Shown here piece after piece: positions 13,651 through 26,698 of a DNA stretch of 64,000 nt. The notes under the pieces are model-generated. The model ran no database searches. It saw nothing but the letters and a program-made list of their open reading frames with translations, and was not told the origin of the DNA. Where the stretch lies: NCBI GenBank assembly GCA_004022145.1, contig RCNU01000007.1; one strand, given 5' to 3'. Made by a program: the position numbers and the translations under genes. The stretch is from Paecilomyces variotii. Its lineage: Eukaryota. Positions within the stretch are counted from its first letter, which is position 1, and each line of letters begins with the position of its first letter.

Positions 13651-15080
13651 TCACACTCTCAAGCAGCTAATTAAACTGTCCAGCAGATGTGCATTGAGTG
13701 GAAAGTCATCGGAAGATGCTTGAAAGTTCTCACTGTAGAGATCATTAATAGCCGTCATCACCCATGCCTTCGAGTCATTCTCATCAAAGGCGACAGCTGC
13801 GACAAGCGGAAGCAACATGTACGACGAAAAGTATGGAGGAAAAGAACGCGCGTAGTCATAGGACATGTATATCCGTCGAACATATATCTGAGCACTCGTT
13901 TGCGGTGTCGTTGGATATGGGCTGCATGTGTATATCAAACCCTGTACCACAAGCGAAAAAGTCCAGTGTAAGACGTAAAGCATAGCAGTGGATCGATCTC
14001 GAAAGCTGAAACTCTCATCGACTATGCTAGGGAATCTGACGGATGGGACGGTGGTCGCAGTGATCCCTTGAGAAAGTAGGTCCTCGACTACGCATCCAAT
14101 CCGGTTCAAAATGACATGGTAGCTGTCAAGTCGTGATTTTAGATGACCTGGCAATTTAGAATGACCATTCGCTCTCTTCAGAGCACGAAAATCACGCAAT
14201 GTTCCCGGTAGAGTTGTCATGCCTTCGAAAATCTGGCATAAGAACAGGTCGAATTGATTGATGTGTCGGATAGAGGTAGGACAAAATATCTCCCTCCATT
14301 TTTCACTTTCCAGATAGCACCCTTGACCTCGGAATAAGGAAGACATAATCTGCGGAATTCTGTTAAAACAGGATTCTGTTTGTTCTGCGAGGTCAGACTC
14401 ACATTCGCCGCCCAGTGGGAAATTACCAGTTGCTGCTCAAACCCAGTCCTATGTCGCCCTGGTCCTCTGTACTCGATGATTTTCGATACTCCTTCGTGGT
14501 GGCTCAAAACTCCTAATCTGCTGCGAGGAAAGAGAGATCCGTATAAACCGAGCAGCATCGCCGCGCACAGTGTGTCTGTTGACGAAGCCTGCTGAGGTAT
14601 TGAAAGGCATTCCCGAAGGCTACGTAAAGCTCTTCCATAAGCACGTATCGTTTCTATTGAATCTGGTCTTCCTGCGTAACACGTGCTGAAGACTGCCACG
14701 GCATCATCGAGAGCACTGTTGGTGCCTACTAGACGGACAATATCTGGTAGGTAGGTGGCATATGCCTCGAGACCTTGTCCAGTCACATCGTACTTGATCA
14801 AGACACCTAGAAACCCAGACGAAAGCCATTCCTGGTGCGACATGGATAACTGAGCAGGAAGGGGCTGTAAGGCTGCAGGTTTCGAATGAGGCAAGTCACC
14901 ATGAACAGGTGGCTTTCCGGTTCTTGACCTCTCTCTCAAGGCCCTCATCATCCTTCCCTCTTCCCAGGATAAACGACGACGTCGTTCGCTGACCACATGT
15001 GCGCGAACACGCGATTTTGCTGCATTTCTTTCCGAAAAGTCAATCCATTCCAGGGTCTGCTTGTACTCATCACGACCCAT
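13651..15080 (-). CDS. Fungal transcription-factor-like protein without a visible Zn cluster
   Basis: N-terminal basic KSRVRAHVVSERRRR; YGRALRSLRECL...TLCAAMLLGLY...HHEGVSKIIEYRGP middle domain; two ORFs joined by an intron near 14350-14400. Confidence 0.7.
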
Positions 15081-15420
15081 TGTTCCGAGTGTCGAAAGAT
15101 TGAGTATTCGAACCGATCCTCGATGCTATCGAAGGTAGAACCGCTAGGTCTACTGTTCTTTGTGGTCATTCCATCGGAATAGAGAGGGTCGTCTGATGTT
15201 GGTTATATATAATGCACGTGTCCTCTGTAACATGGAAGAAACGACTGAGAATCTTCTGACAAAAACTAGCCAATCCAGCAATAATGTCGAATCCAAGCAG
15301 AGATAATGTAGATTGAACGGGCTACTGCGATATTGGAGACCAGCAAATAGAAAAAAAGAGAAAAGAACAAAGAAAAAAATAATTGCCCTGGACGGATCCA
15401 GGACAAAAAAGAAATCGGAA

Positions 15421-15510
15421 TGGGGTGAACCGGGATCGAACCGGTGACCTTCAGATTGACTGGCTGAAGTGAACTTCAGTCTGACGCGCTCCCAACTACG
15501 CCACCGCCCC
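15421..15510 (-). tRNA. tRNA-Phe(GAA) with 17-nt intron (15457-15473)
   Basis: Reverse complement GGGGCGGTGGCGTAGTTGGGAGCGCGTCAGACTGAAG[intron]ATCTGAAGGTCACCGGTTCGATCCCGGTTCACCCCA; D-loop GG, TTCGA T-loop and downstream T-runs (Pol III terminator). Confidence 0.95.
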
Positions 15511-16724
15511 ATCTGATTGGTAGTTGTCTCACAGGATAGATTTATCAATAGGCCTTTTCAATAATCCCTAATATTCCCTTGCTCCGTCGTCTTATTTCCA
15601 TCTGCTCACATGCATACTGGCAGATTTTACATCCACAGTTATCTAGCCTCTATATATTCCACTCATTTCAGTGCAATTACGGTGACACTCGTTCCACAAA
15701 GGTCTAATCCAAGGAATCCATCGTATTTTCTACGTTTACTTCTTTGCTAACCTGGTACTTAGACCAGCCGAAAGCTTGAAGCTGCCGTTTGCGGATGACG
15801 TGCAACCTCAACGTCTTCCCCACGAGGAACCTATCCATTGTTAGGTTCTCCATTGTTGTACAGACCACTATTCCATCCGCGAGCGGCCATCGATGCAGAG
15901 GACCCTACATCAACTATAATGCTGGATTGACAGGCACATTCTCGTTCCTGTCCAGCTCTGCCAAGCGACTGGCTCTGAATTCTCCTAGGCGGGACGATCC
16001 CGTCTGTCTGGCATGCAGATCCACGTTTTCATCTCGATAACCTCTCCAACGAGGCATGTTGCAATGATGACAGTGCCGAAGCGACGCTCTGACTAGAGAT
16101 CTCGCAATAATTCCACGGTCAAATTAGCCTATAACAACGGATTATCATCAACAAGAAGCAAATCTTACTGATGAGTTCGTCGACGGATCTCCGGGCCAAT
16201 GGCATCTCTGGGATCGAGAAAACCCGCTCATAATGCGCGCAAACCAGCGCAGATTAAGACGACCGCGCGCGGCAGCCGATGAAGGCTCCATCCAGCGATC
16301 TGTCTCATCGGGCATTATATGGCCTTTAATTCGCCGAGCGAGCACCTTCAGACAGGAATGAAGTCTCGTGGTGCCAATTAGCAGGACTCGCGGGATTCGC
16401 AATGGGCAGCCTGGCTATGGTCGTGAGCATGGCGTGGGGAGGCCGCGTGCGGCCATCTTCCCACATGGGAGACTAGACTGAGACACTAAAATAGATCTCG
16501 AGAGGCAGAATGAGTTCTTATGCTCGGATTTTTGGTCAGGACTGTGTTCTCTCATGAGTTGTTATACCTCTAGGTCGCGCTTTTCCTGATGGTGTGCTCC
16601 TGATCTTTTGCGCCTCTTTGCTGTTGCCGAAAACCTGCGATCTGTGGAAGACGTAGTCAAGGAGACCATCGGAAGACAACAGCAGTTATCAAGATATCAG
16701 ATATCGTGACATTCAACCGCCACC

Positions 16725-19062
16725 ATGGGGTTGCCCGGCCTGGACCAGCCGGTCATGCTGCACTCGTCCCGGATGGACATGTGTAAGCTCACGCCTGAAC
16801 AGTGCGCGTATAGGGGAAGAAAATGGGTGTATTGGTATGTGGGCAATCAGATTTGCATTGGAAGCATCTCTCCATACTATGTACGAGAGGTCTTAACGAT
16901 GGCAACAGGTATAAAGATGATTACTATTTCGGACATGGCACTGTATACTTCATCGTCGTCCTGATAGCGCTCTTTGCAGCCGCACATCTCGCTCGCTTGG
17001 CTCATCAATCGCGCGGGATAAAGTCGGGGAAGAGTATCGTTTCCAGCAGGTTTCTGAGCAGGCCTCTGGCCATCTTTCGGTTTTTCTCGTATCGTTCGTT
17101 CGCGATCAAGTCGCTGGGATGGTACTCGCCAACCTTAGGCGTCATATTGATCGGCTGTGCGGCGTGGGTCTATTTTGGAAGTGCGTTATATTGCGATTCA
17201 GTGGAAGCCTCGAATACTGACGATTGACAGTCCTCACACTGGGCCCAAAGCCATACTACTGGCCGAATACCGCGACAGTAAACTATGGCAGCTCGCCTCC
17301 GATCGCAACTCGCTCCGGCTTCATGGCGCTGGCATTGTTGCCGTTTACTGTGTATGCCTCATCCCGACTCTGTCGACGCAGCGTGCAGCTAACTTGGCGA
17401 TAGATTCCTGGCTGCAAAGTGGAACTTCATCACCATTGTGACGGGCATCTCCCACGAACGATTGCAGGTCTTCCATCGGTGGACTGCCTGGCTGATGTTT
17501 ACCCTCTCTCTGATACATACTTTTCCATTCATTGTGTACCATATACACAAGGGGTGAGTGCTGCTACTACACATAATGGGGTGTCAGGGTGTCAATGATC
17601 TGACCTTGACAGTGACATGGTTCACCAATGGAAGACACAGGTCTTCTACTGGACTGGCGTGGCGGCGATTATCCCCCAAGCCTGGCTGACTTGCATGTCG
17701 ATTGGGCCTATCAGGTATGTCAGGCTTCACAATTTAACCCAGGACTTCTGGCCTGACCAAGTATAGGAACCGGTTCTATGAGACCTTCAAGGCGTTCCAC
17801 TATGTGGCCGCAGCTCTGTTTATTGTTTTCCTGTTTATCCATTGCGACTTCCGCCTGACCTCCTGGTATGCACTTCTCACTCGTATGACAAAGGCTGGAC
17901 TGACATCTCGTAGGGACTACTTTATCGCATTGGTTATCGTATACGGCCTATCACTCTGTGGAGGAGCGATCAAGGCGTACGTGCTGAATGGGTTCCAACA
18001 TCGAGCTGCACTCGAGATTCAGGCCGATGGGACAGTCAAGATGAGTATCTTGACTCACATCTCCTGGCGACCGGGCCAGCATATGTTCGTGCGCTTCGTC
18101 GGTAATTCTTTGGGGTTTCAGCATTCTCTCGCCACCCATCCTTTCTCGATCAGCTCTCTTCCGTACGAGGGTAAGATTGGCACCGGAATCAACCAACTTG
18201 TCTTCTATGTGAAGCCCCACGGAGGCATCACCCGACGGATGCAAGCATTTGCGAAAGAGAGAGGGGGACAGACCATTCCCGTGCTTCTGGACGGTCCGTA
18301 TGGAGGGATCGATTCAACGGCCTTTGACACATTTGAGCGTTTTTACTTCATTGCTGGCGGATCTGGTGGAAGCACTATCCTACCGCTCCTGGGGAGTCTG
18401 GTACGCAAAGCTGCTCGCCAGCAGCTCTTGACCAAAGAGGCAGGATCAGCGGAGTCACTGAAATCACTCGACGTGCAGATTTTATGGGCCGTGAAATCGC
18501 AGGGTAAGTAAGTGTTATGTCAGTTTACGATCAGCTGTTGACCACACATCCAGAATCCATTGGCTGGTTCCGGGAAGCAGTCTCAACTATTCTGTCCGAG
18601 CCCTTTCCCGGTTCCTTGCGTATCTCCGTCCATGTCACTCAGACTGCCCTAAACCCGCAAGCCCAAGGAGACGCTGCGGAGTCAACAAAGTCAATAAACG
18701 TCAGCGATGAAAGCTTGCCACAGACAGACGATCTTCTCTCGGTGCAGTTGACCGGCAAGCGGCCAGATCTTCCTGCACTGATCCGGGCCGCTACTACAGA
18801 GGATACGCGTCCGCTCGCTATTGCCGGTAAGCATCTATGCCACGCACGCCGTACAAATACATTGAGTCTAACTATTTTCCAGCCTGCGGCCCAGCATCCA
18901 TGTTGCTCGATGTTAGAAACGCGGCGGCACAGGCACAGGTCGCCATCATTGCTGACCGACCAAATACAGCCAGCCGGGTCTGGCTGCACACTGAGAATTT
19001 CTCGTGAGTCCCCTAAAGTGACTGACGATTGTTCGAGTGACTGACAAATCTGCAGATGGTGA
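16725..19062 (+). CDS. Ferric/metallo-reductase transmembrane protein (FRE/NOX family), multi-exon
   Basis: Heme-ligand motifs LQVFHRW...IHTFPF and ETFKAFH..AAALF...IH; WRPGQH, HPFSISS (FAD), DGPYGG, IAGGSG (NADPH), ACGP; C-terminal ENFSW*. Confidence 0.9.
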
Positions 19063-19431
19063 TGGATAATAAAAGTTCTTGCATAATGATATACCCTTAG
19101 CTCAGACAATTAAATGCGTCAATCTAAACAGGAATGATAATAAAGCTCACGAACAGTGATCGTGATCATACTCGGATAAACCATCAGGCTATTCAGGCTA
19201 GACAAGAACTCGGATATCCATCTGAATTCCCGATACAACTGATAAGATCGGTTTGTTCGGTGCATCTCCGACAGCATAACGCCATCTCGGATTGCATTCC
19301 CTAACGCATTCACTGCGGGGATCTTTTGGTAGTCATGCAGCTTGTATAATATTAATTCCCTCCTTGCAGATGTCCTTTGATTGATACCTATCTCTTCCAG
19401 TTCTCATTGTCGCTTACTATCGCTCACCACC

Positions 19432-20418
19432 ATGGGCTCCATCTCGCGATCCCCGCAACCCCACGTTCCGCCCGCGGGCGTCTGGTGCCCCGCAGTGACT
19501 TTCTTCGACCACAGCACCGATTCTCTCGACCTGGTATCTCAAAAACAATACTATGCATACCTCTCTCGTTCCGGCCTGACCGGCCTGGTCATTCTGGGCA
19601 CCAATGCTGAAGCCTTCCTCTTGACCCGCGAAGAGCGTCGCCAGCTGATCGCGACAGCGCGCGAGGCCGTCGGCCCTAACTACCCCATCATGGCCGGCGT
19701 AGGCGCGCACTCGACCAAGCAGACTCTCGAACTGGCAGCAGACGCAAAGGAAGCCGGCGCCGATTACCTCCTTGTCCTCCCACCCGCATACTTCGGCAAA
19801 GCCACCACCGTTCCGGTCATCAAGCGCTTCTTCGCCGACATCGCCGCCAAAGCTGAGCTCCCTGTAGTAATCTACAACTTCCCCGGCGTGACGAACGGAG
19901 TAGATATCGATTCCGACACAATCACCGCCATCGTCCGCGATTCCGCATCCACCAACCCCTCAGGAATCTCCAACGTCGTCGGCGTAAAGCTCACCTGCGC
20001 CTCCGTGGGCAAAATCACCCGTCTCTCAGCAACATTCCCTCCCGAACAATTCTCCATTTTTGGCGGCCAGTCCGATTTCCTCCTTGGAGGACTATCTATC
20101 GGCTCAGCAGGCTGCATCGCCGCATTCGCGAACGTGTTTCCCAAAACCATCTCGCATATCTACTCCTTATATAAACAGGGCAAGACGGCAGAGGCGCTAG
20201 ACCTTCATCGTAAAGCGGCACTGGCAGAAAGCCCGTGTAAGAGTGGGATTGCGTCGACGAAGTATGCGGTGGCGGTGTTTTCGGCGAAGGAGGCTGGGAT
20301 TGAGGATGCAGCGGAGAAGTTGAAGCCGAGAACGCCGTATGAGGAGGCACCAGAGGCGGCGAAGAAGGTTGTTAGGGAGGTCATGGCGGAATTGGGGACG
20401 ATTGAGAAGAGTTTGTAG
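19432..20418 (+). CDS. Dihydrodipicolinate synthase-family class I aldolase
   Basis: Intronless ORF; GTNAEA, LVLPPAYF, VVIYNFP and VGVKLTC (Schiff-base Lys) motifs. Confidence 0.9.
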   Translation: MGSISRSPQPHVPPAGVWCPAVTFFDHSTDSLDLVSQKQYYAYLSRSGLTGLVILGTNAEAFLLTREERRQLIATAREAVGPNYPIMAGVGAHSTKQTLELAADAKEAGADYLLVLPPAYFGKATTVPVIKRFFADIAAKAELPVVIYNFPGVTNGVDIDSDTITAIVRDSASTNPSGISNVVGVKLTCASVGKITRLSATFPPEQFSIFGGQSDFLLGGLSIGSAGCIAAFANVFPKTISHIYSLYKQGKTAEALDLHRKAALAESPCKSGIASTKYAVAVFSAKEAGIEDAAEKLKPRTPYEEAPEAAKKVVREVMAELGTIEKSL

Positions 20419-20639
20419 TTGGGGGTTGTTTTTGGGTTGGAGGATATAACGAAGGATGAGGCTTATGAGGGTATGAATATCGGAGAAGAAAAGAGCTATT
20501 TGGCTCTGAATAAGTAATAAGCTACGATTGCAAAACGGGTCCTCCTTTCATGCGTAGCCAAATAATTCTAATACGAGGGATCGTTTCACGCACTACTTGA
20601 AGATAAGTAATTCAAATATAGAGTAGGAAGGACATATAG

Positions 20640-21480
20640 ATTGCCCCGTTTGCTGAGAAGTCCGTGAAAGATCCAGGTAGACCACCTAGGAGTGCTTCTT
20701 TTTGGTCGACATCAAAGTCTATATGTAAAAATAGTATAGTTACACTACGAAAGTATAAAACTTAACCCCCCCCCCCGCCTAAAGTCTAACCTATTTCCAA
20801 TAATTACTCTATGACTTTAGCTCGTCTCCTCGGCTTAGCAGCAAGAGACTTAGTCGCGGCGACGCGATATGCTCTGCTAGACGCTCAATTATACTATTAA
20901 TTATCTTGAGAAATAAATGTCAAAAAAAAAAAAAGATAACGCAGCTTTTACTCTAAGTATAAGCCAATTCTTATATCATTAGTACTACCAGAGTTATTTA
21001 AGCTACCGGCACTAACAGATAGATAAAGCATACTTAAGTATCGCGAGACTTATAGTAACAGAGCCCTTATAAGCGGTAAGCACAGTCCGCTTTACTACAC
21101 TTTATTACATTTTTAGACATTTTCCCACCCGCAAGGTCCTACGGGAACCTGAAAGCAGATTCTAAATGCAAGGACAATGCTCAATGAAAAGAATATCACG
21201 ATCCTACCTTTAAATCTAGAGTAAAAACTAAATCTAAGACCCTGCGGCAACCTACGGCAGTATAAGACCTGTCAGATACTCCTCAGTAGTAGGGTGCAAA
21301 TCTTCATTAACCGTGCTCGGACCATCATATAACAGTTGAGCTGGGAGCTATAGATTTATTTTCGGTTCGTTCTAAGGTCCTATATTACAATTATTATTCT
21401 ATATTAATAATTTCGAGGATATCTACTTATACAGCGGCGTAATCAATATCAGGCTGCATGAGATAGAATATGCTACCTAT
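20640..21480. other. AT/TpA-rich degenerate intergenic segment with poly-C and poly-A tracts
   Basis: No ORF of 60 aa or more; many TA dinucleotides; C-run near 20766-20776 and A-run near 20922-20934. Confidence 0.4.
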
Positions 21481-22328
21481 CCTGTTCGACAAATCGGATG
21501 CCATTTCGAACATGTACATAGTTAATACTGTAAGTTGAAGATAGCATACATCAGAGCTTAGAGGTCAAGCATGTACGTGACTCTTATTCCCACCTATAAT
21601 TATGGCATTCAGTTGCATTAGCAAATATTGCCACCTTCAATTATGCTTCCGATTCTACAATCAGCAAATAATCAATACTTTTATTGATAAGGACACCGTA
21701 TATCAGTCGAATCCAGCTGGTGACAAGTAGTGGCATGACGCTATCCTGGATCCGAGCACGTCATGAAATAGACTGCGAAAGTCTCAGTGATATTGGATAT
21801 TCACCACACATGTTCAGTCTACATATCGGCCAATTGTATTAAAAACTTGGAAAGGTGTCATTCGTAACGGTAATCGCGCTTCGAGCAGGAGGGGTTTCGC
21901 CTCGTACGTAGACACGGACAGTGTAGACAAAAGACCCAACATAATTCCATAACCATTTGAATGTCCGCATCGCCTGTAGAAACTGATAGTGATTATAGTC
22001 TGTATCTCTATATTCACTGGCCTCCAGTTAATTTTTATCTAGTTTGCCGATGGGGCGACGTACGCACGTAACCTAGATTGCGGGGTTGCTTGTATGATCG
22101 CGATATACGACTGCATGCTCATCTTTTATTCTCCGCCGGTTATAACGGCACAATATATACTTGGCATTCTAGACGCCATACTGTGGCATAATTAGGTGAG
22201 ATGCTCAATCAGGTGTATGGTAGAGCAGTGCTATATAGAGGGTGGTGTATCTCTCTGGAGACTTCCAGTGGCACTTCTCATCTCCAAACCAAAATTGACA
22301 TCTAAATTCCCATCTTCACAAAACAAGA

Positions 22329-23668
22329 ATGGCACCTTCTGTTGCGGACCTTCCTGAAAATACGGAGACGGCACCACTTACGGTGCCAGTAAAGACCGCA
22401 CCGGAAACTACTGACAAGAAGCCCAAGGTCAGGAGAGTCATTGAGGAAGAAGGGGGCCAGACAACAGCAAGTGTAAGAGTCCATTGAAAAATCCATTGAA
22501 ACACTCAGTCTCCGAAATACATCCAGCTAATCCTCTCAGTACCCTAACTACCTCCCTGTTTGGGACCACGGCGAGAAATACCCTCCTTTGGAACCGTTTG
22601 TCCATGTTGATCATGGCAAAGACGCCGATCCTTCCTTCAAAGACCTCTTGCCTGAAGGGTCCAAGATTCAGAAGCTAGCCCCGACTATCGGCTCCGAAGT
22701 CACAGGTGTTCAGCTGAGCAAGCTCTCTAAGGCTGGCAAGGACCAACTCGCCCTACTCGTTGCTCAACGAAAGGTTGTTGTCTTCCGTGACCAGGATCTG
22801 GCCGACCTGCCAATCCAAGAGGCACTGGACTTTGGAGGTTACTTTGGCCGTCATCACATCCACCCGACTAGCGGTGCCCCAGAAGGGTACCCTGAGATTC
22901 ACCTGGTACACCGTTACGGCGACAAGAGCGAAATCGATGCCTTCTTCGCGGACCGAAACAGCAGTGTTGGATGGCATTCCGATGTCACGTATGAGCAGCA
23001 ACCCCCTGGCACGACCTTCTTGTATATCCTTGATACTCCGGAAGTGGGTGGTGATACCGCCTTCGTCGATCAGGTTGAGGCATACAACCGCCTATCGCCA
23101 GCGATTAAGGAAAGGCTACACGGCCTCAAGGCAGTTCACTCGGGGTTTGAACAGGCAGAATTTAGCAAGAAGCGCGGCGGCGTTGTCCGGCGAGAACCTG
23201 TGAAGAACGAGCACCCGTTGGTTCGAACGCATCCCGTCACCGGGGAGAAAGCTCTCTTTGTAAACGGTGGCTGTAAGAATACCCGGCTATGAGGATCTTC
23301 ATAGTATGATTATGGTTGCTAATAAATGCGTAGTCACCCGAAGCATTGTCGGCCTGAAGAAAGAGGAAAGTGACTCACTGCTAGGCTTCCTCTTGAACCA
23401 TGTTGGACGTGGCATTGATTACCAAGTTCGTGTCCGATGGGCCCCTAAAACAGTTGTCGTTTGGGATGTAAGTCCAAGTTACTGCTGCAAATATTTTCTC
23501 AACGTTCTTGTCAAAGGCTAACAGTTCATTCAGAACCGCATCACTGCACACTCGGCCATTCTTGACTGGAAGACTGGTGAGCGCCGTCACTTGGCTCGTA
23601 TCACACCACAGGCCGAACGGCCTTATGAGACTCCTTATGTGCCGGAACAGACAAGTGCCCAAGCATAA
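22329..23668 (+). CDS. TauD/TfdA alpha-ketoglutarate-dependent sulfonate dioxygenase (JLP1-like), 4 exons
   Basis: WHSDVTYE (HxD), GGDTAF, HPLVRTHPVTGEKALF, VVVWD|NRITAH (distal His) and RHLARIT motifs. Confidence 0.92.
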
Positions 23669-23893
23669 ACTTTCTATGGAAGCTGGTCAGGGAAACAAAG
23701 ATCTCGGGATAATGTTACTCTAGCAGGACCTCTCACCATTTCTTTTCTTTTGTTTTTCAGCTTTGATTTATCTTTTAAGTCAATAGCAATGGCATTTTCT
23801 TAAAACACATTGGGTCCGTGCAAGTAAAGGATAATTAGATGTTTGCCGGAAGCTATATTTCAGGATCATAATTGACTCGAGTGTATAGTACTG

Positions 23894-26390
23894 CTAACCA
23901 CTTGCCCTCACCGTCTCCGCTACAGGCCTTTCTAACCCAAGCCGGAATCGACCCACGCGGGACATATGTTCCAAGACGAGCGTGTCCACCCGCAGGACAC
24001 TTTCGCGATAGAGGGTTTGAGATTTCCAATCGTAGGAACAAAGCAGCGCCCGCTGCATGCCACCCTCGCTGCCACAAAGCAGCATGGCCACCGGTGGACG
24101 GACAGCCCGGAATAGGGTGACGGTTAAAGTATTGGTGTCGACTAAGGTGAAGACTTTGAGATCCCCATACTGGGAATCTCGGGCCTGGGACACGAACTCT
24201 GCAATGCGTTCACTTTGAGTGGGATCTTGTCCGACGCATTCACCGTCCTGGTCTTCATGCAATGAGAGATCACTGGAGAATGGACTCCACTTCAATCGGC
24301 CAAGATTGATGCCGAAGATCAGTGTCTCAATTTCACCGATGTCCATATAACCTTCGAACCCGAACAGCCATGGTTGCGCAGCCCATGTCTTACCAACATA
24401 AAGAGAGTAGATGAAATATGGGGAAGCCAATATAACTAAAATGTACAGACCTACGAATATCCACCCCATCGCTGTGACCGGAGTCAAAGCGCCTCCTTTG
24501 GACTGACTGATTGCTAGCAAAATGACGCCTGGCAAGAGCCAAACAGGACTACTGCGCAAAACAACTCTGGTCACCGCACGTGTTATTGTGTCCCGCATCA
24601 AAAGGTTGACTGGAACGAACGATTTCCAACGGATAGGAGCACCAAAGGCACCACTGAGGATCACAGTATCGCCGCCCCCGAGACCCACAACTTGGCAATG
24701 AGGCTCGATGTCCCAAAGGTTACTGTCCCAAAAGTCGTCGATTTCATGCCAGGGTGTTTTGATGTTTCGAGGGAGTATGCATATCAGCCGCTCAATCAGC
24801 TGGTCGCTGTCATTGGCTAAGGATAGTCGACAAAAAGCTTCAAAAGCCGAATCATCTTTGGTGACCTGTGGGCGGCGTCGCAACAAACCCATCAAGGCGT
24901 ATGAAAGGTCTCCTTGGTAGTGGTCCGCGGTATGACGGTTCGGAAAGCATTGCAATGCGATGGAAACTAGCTCCAGAGGGCTGAGTATGATTGAGCCTTC
25001 ATAGTGATCGATAAGCTGGTTTGAGACACCAGCGTCTCCCCAGGCCTCAATGGCGAAGTCCCGCTTGGACAGAGTGCGGTAGGACCCTGGGTCACAACCA
25101 CGCATGTATATCGAAATAGGCCGGCTCGATGGACTCAGAAGGACCTCTGGGAAGGTCCACATCCTGCTTCCCAATTGACGGAGCATTTCCCTTGGGCTTG
25201 GGTTGGAACCGCGAGGAGGTCCGATAATTACCGCCATTGAATGGGCGCCCCGGACGACATCACTGATCCGGTAGACATCTTCGGAGTGGTCCTGATCTCC
25301 TGGCATACAGCTACATGCAATCCAGTAAGCAGCAACTCCAGCCATTCGGGCTGCAGCCTCGGCAATGCGATGCAGTTCATCCATGTCTTCTTCACTCTCG
25401 TCATGACTGAACTGCTCAGTGGTATAGCAGACGAACAAATACTCAATGCTTCCATGTACTGCCTCCCATTCGCTGACATTGTCAATAATCTGAATCCCTT
25501 CCTCATCTTGAAGCAAGCACAGTCTTCTCGGGCGCAGAAGTCGTTCTGAGAAGCCATTCTCCTTTTGATGACGGAACGATAAAATACTGTCCCTCGATGT
25601 TGGGATCTCATGGAGATTGGCTGGAACCTTTGGATAACCCCAGTAGTGATACTTGAACTGCTCGTAACGACCATTATTTCTCCTCTCACCACCGAGATCA
25701 GCTGGAATAAAGAGCTAGATAATGTCAGACATATCATGCACATGGCCTGGAGGCCACCTTACCAGAGCAGCAATGGTTAAACAGGATGGCAACCACCACA
25801 AGCACACGGCAAACCATGACGCATCTGGATCATTCTGGAGCTGAGGCCCCAGAAGCCCGTAGACAATCTGAAGAATGGTTGGGGTACACGGTTCCATTGC
25901 CTTCCGAGGCCAGGTTGAATTAGCGGGGCCATCCCGTATTTCCTCGGACGCTTGGACTACCAGACTTGCGAGTCGCCCGTCCGTGGCGCTCAGGTATCGG
26001 TCATCTTCAGGACCAGTCCACACACGCCCTAAGCTATCTTTATGGCGAAATATTTCCGCAGACTGGTACTTTCTTCCTGGTGGGCATATACCATAGCCAT
26101 TCACCGAGTATGAACTTGGTTTCAGATATATTTCAAAGTAAGTTGGGCACTTTCCAAAGTCAGTATGACGCCAGAAATGGTAGGAGTAAACCCACCTTTG
26201 CGAGGTCATCGGTTATTTGTTGATCGGTAGCAATATCCCGGCCCTGCATGTTGAATACTTCAATGATCAAATTCCGTAAAGCCATACAAATTGCTAGAGA
26301 GAGCCTTACTGAGGAAAATGTGCCGTTCGTATCTGGTTCGTGGACATACCGACGTCGATGGAGTCGTCCGAGTTCAAGATCGGTCTGCAT
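23894..26390 (-). CDS. Membrane-anchored HET-domain-like protein, 4 exons
   Basis: Hand-spliced open frame; YLFVCYT / YWIACSCM / DVYRISDVVRGA / GSRMWTFPEVLL follow the order of the HET motifs; one TM segment before and two after. Confidence 0.7.
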
Positions 26391-26698
26391 GGCTTGATCG
26401 TGACGCGCCAGGAGAGTGGATTAGTTTGCTCTTTCAAAGTCCTCAGGTGCAAAGAATTTATTGTAACAGCCAAGAGACCAAAAAATGGCCAAAGCGCTTT
26501 TGAAAGTGACCTGTCAACAGCACGTTATAAGTATGCCAACCGTCCTTTACTTAGCGCCGTGAGGCTGGCCTCCTTGGTAAGAAGGCAACTGAGGCAACTG
26601 AGACGGCCAGGGTTGCGAGGCTGCGAGGCTGCGCCCCCCTGGTCATTTATTTCTCAAGTTGCAGTACGGAGTAAATGCAACAGAATCGAGCACTTACC

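Noticed and set aside
19432..20418. Naming the aldolase gaaC/lga1 or dapA
   Set aside because: The family is clear but orthology cannot be established by eye, and no galacturonate pathway neighbours are present
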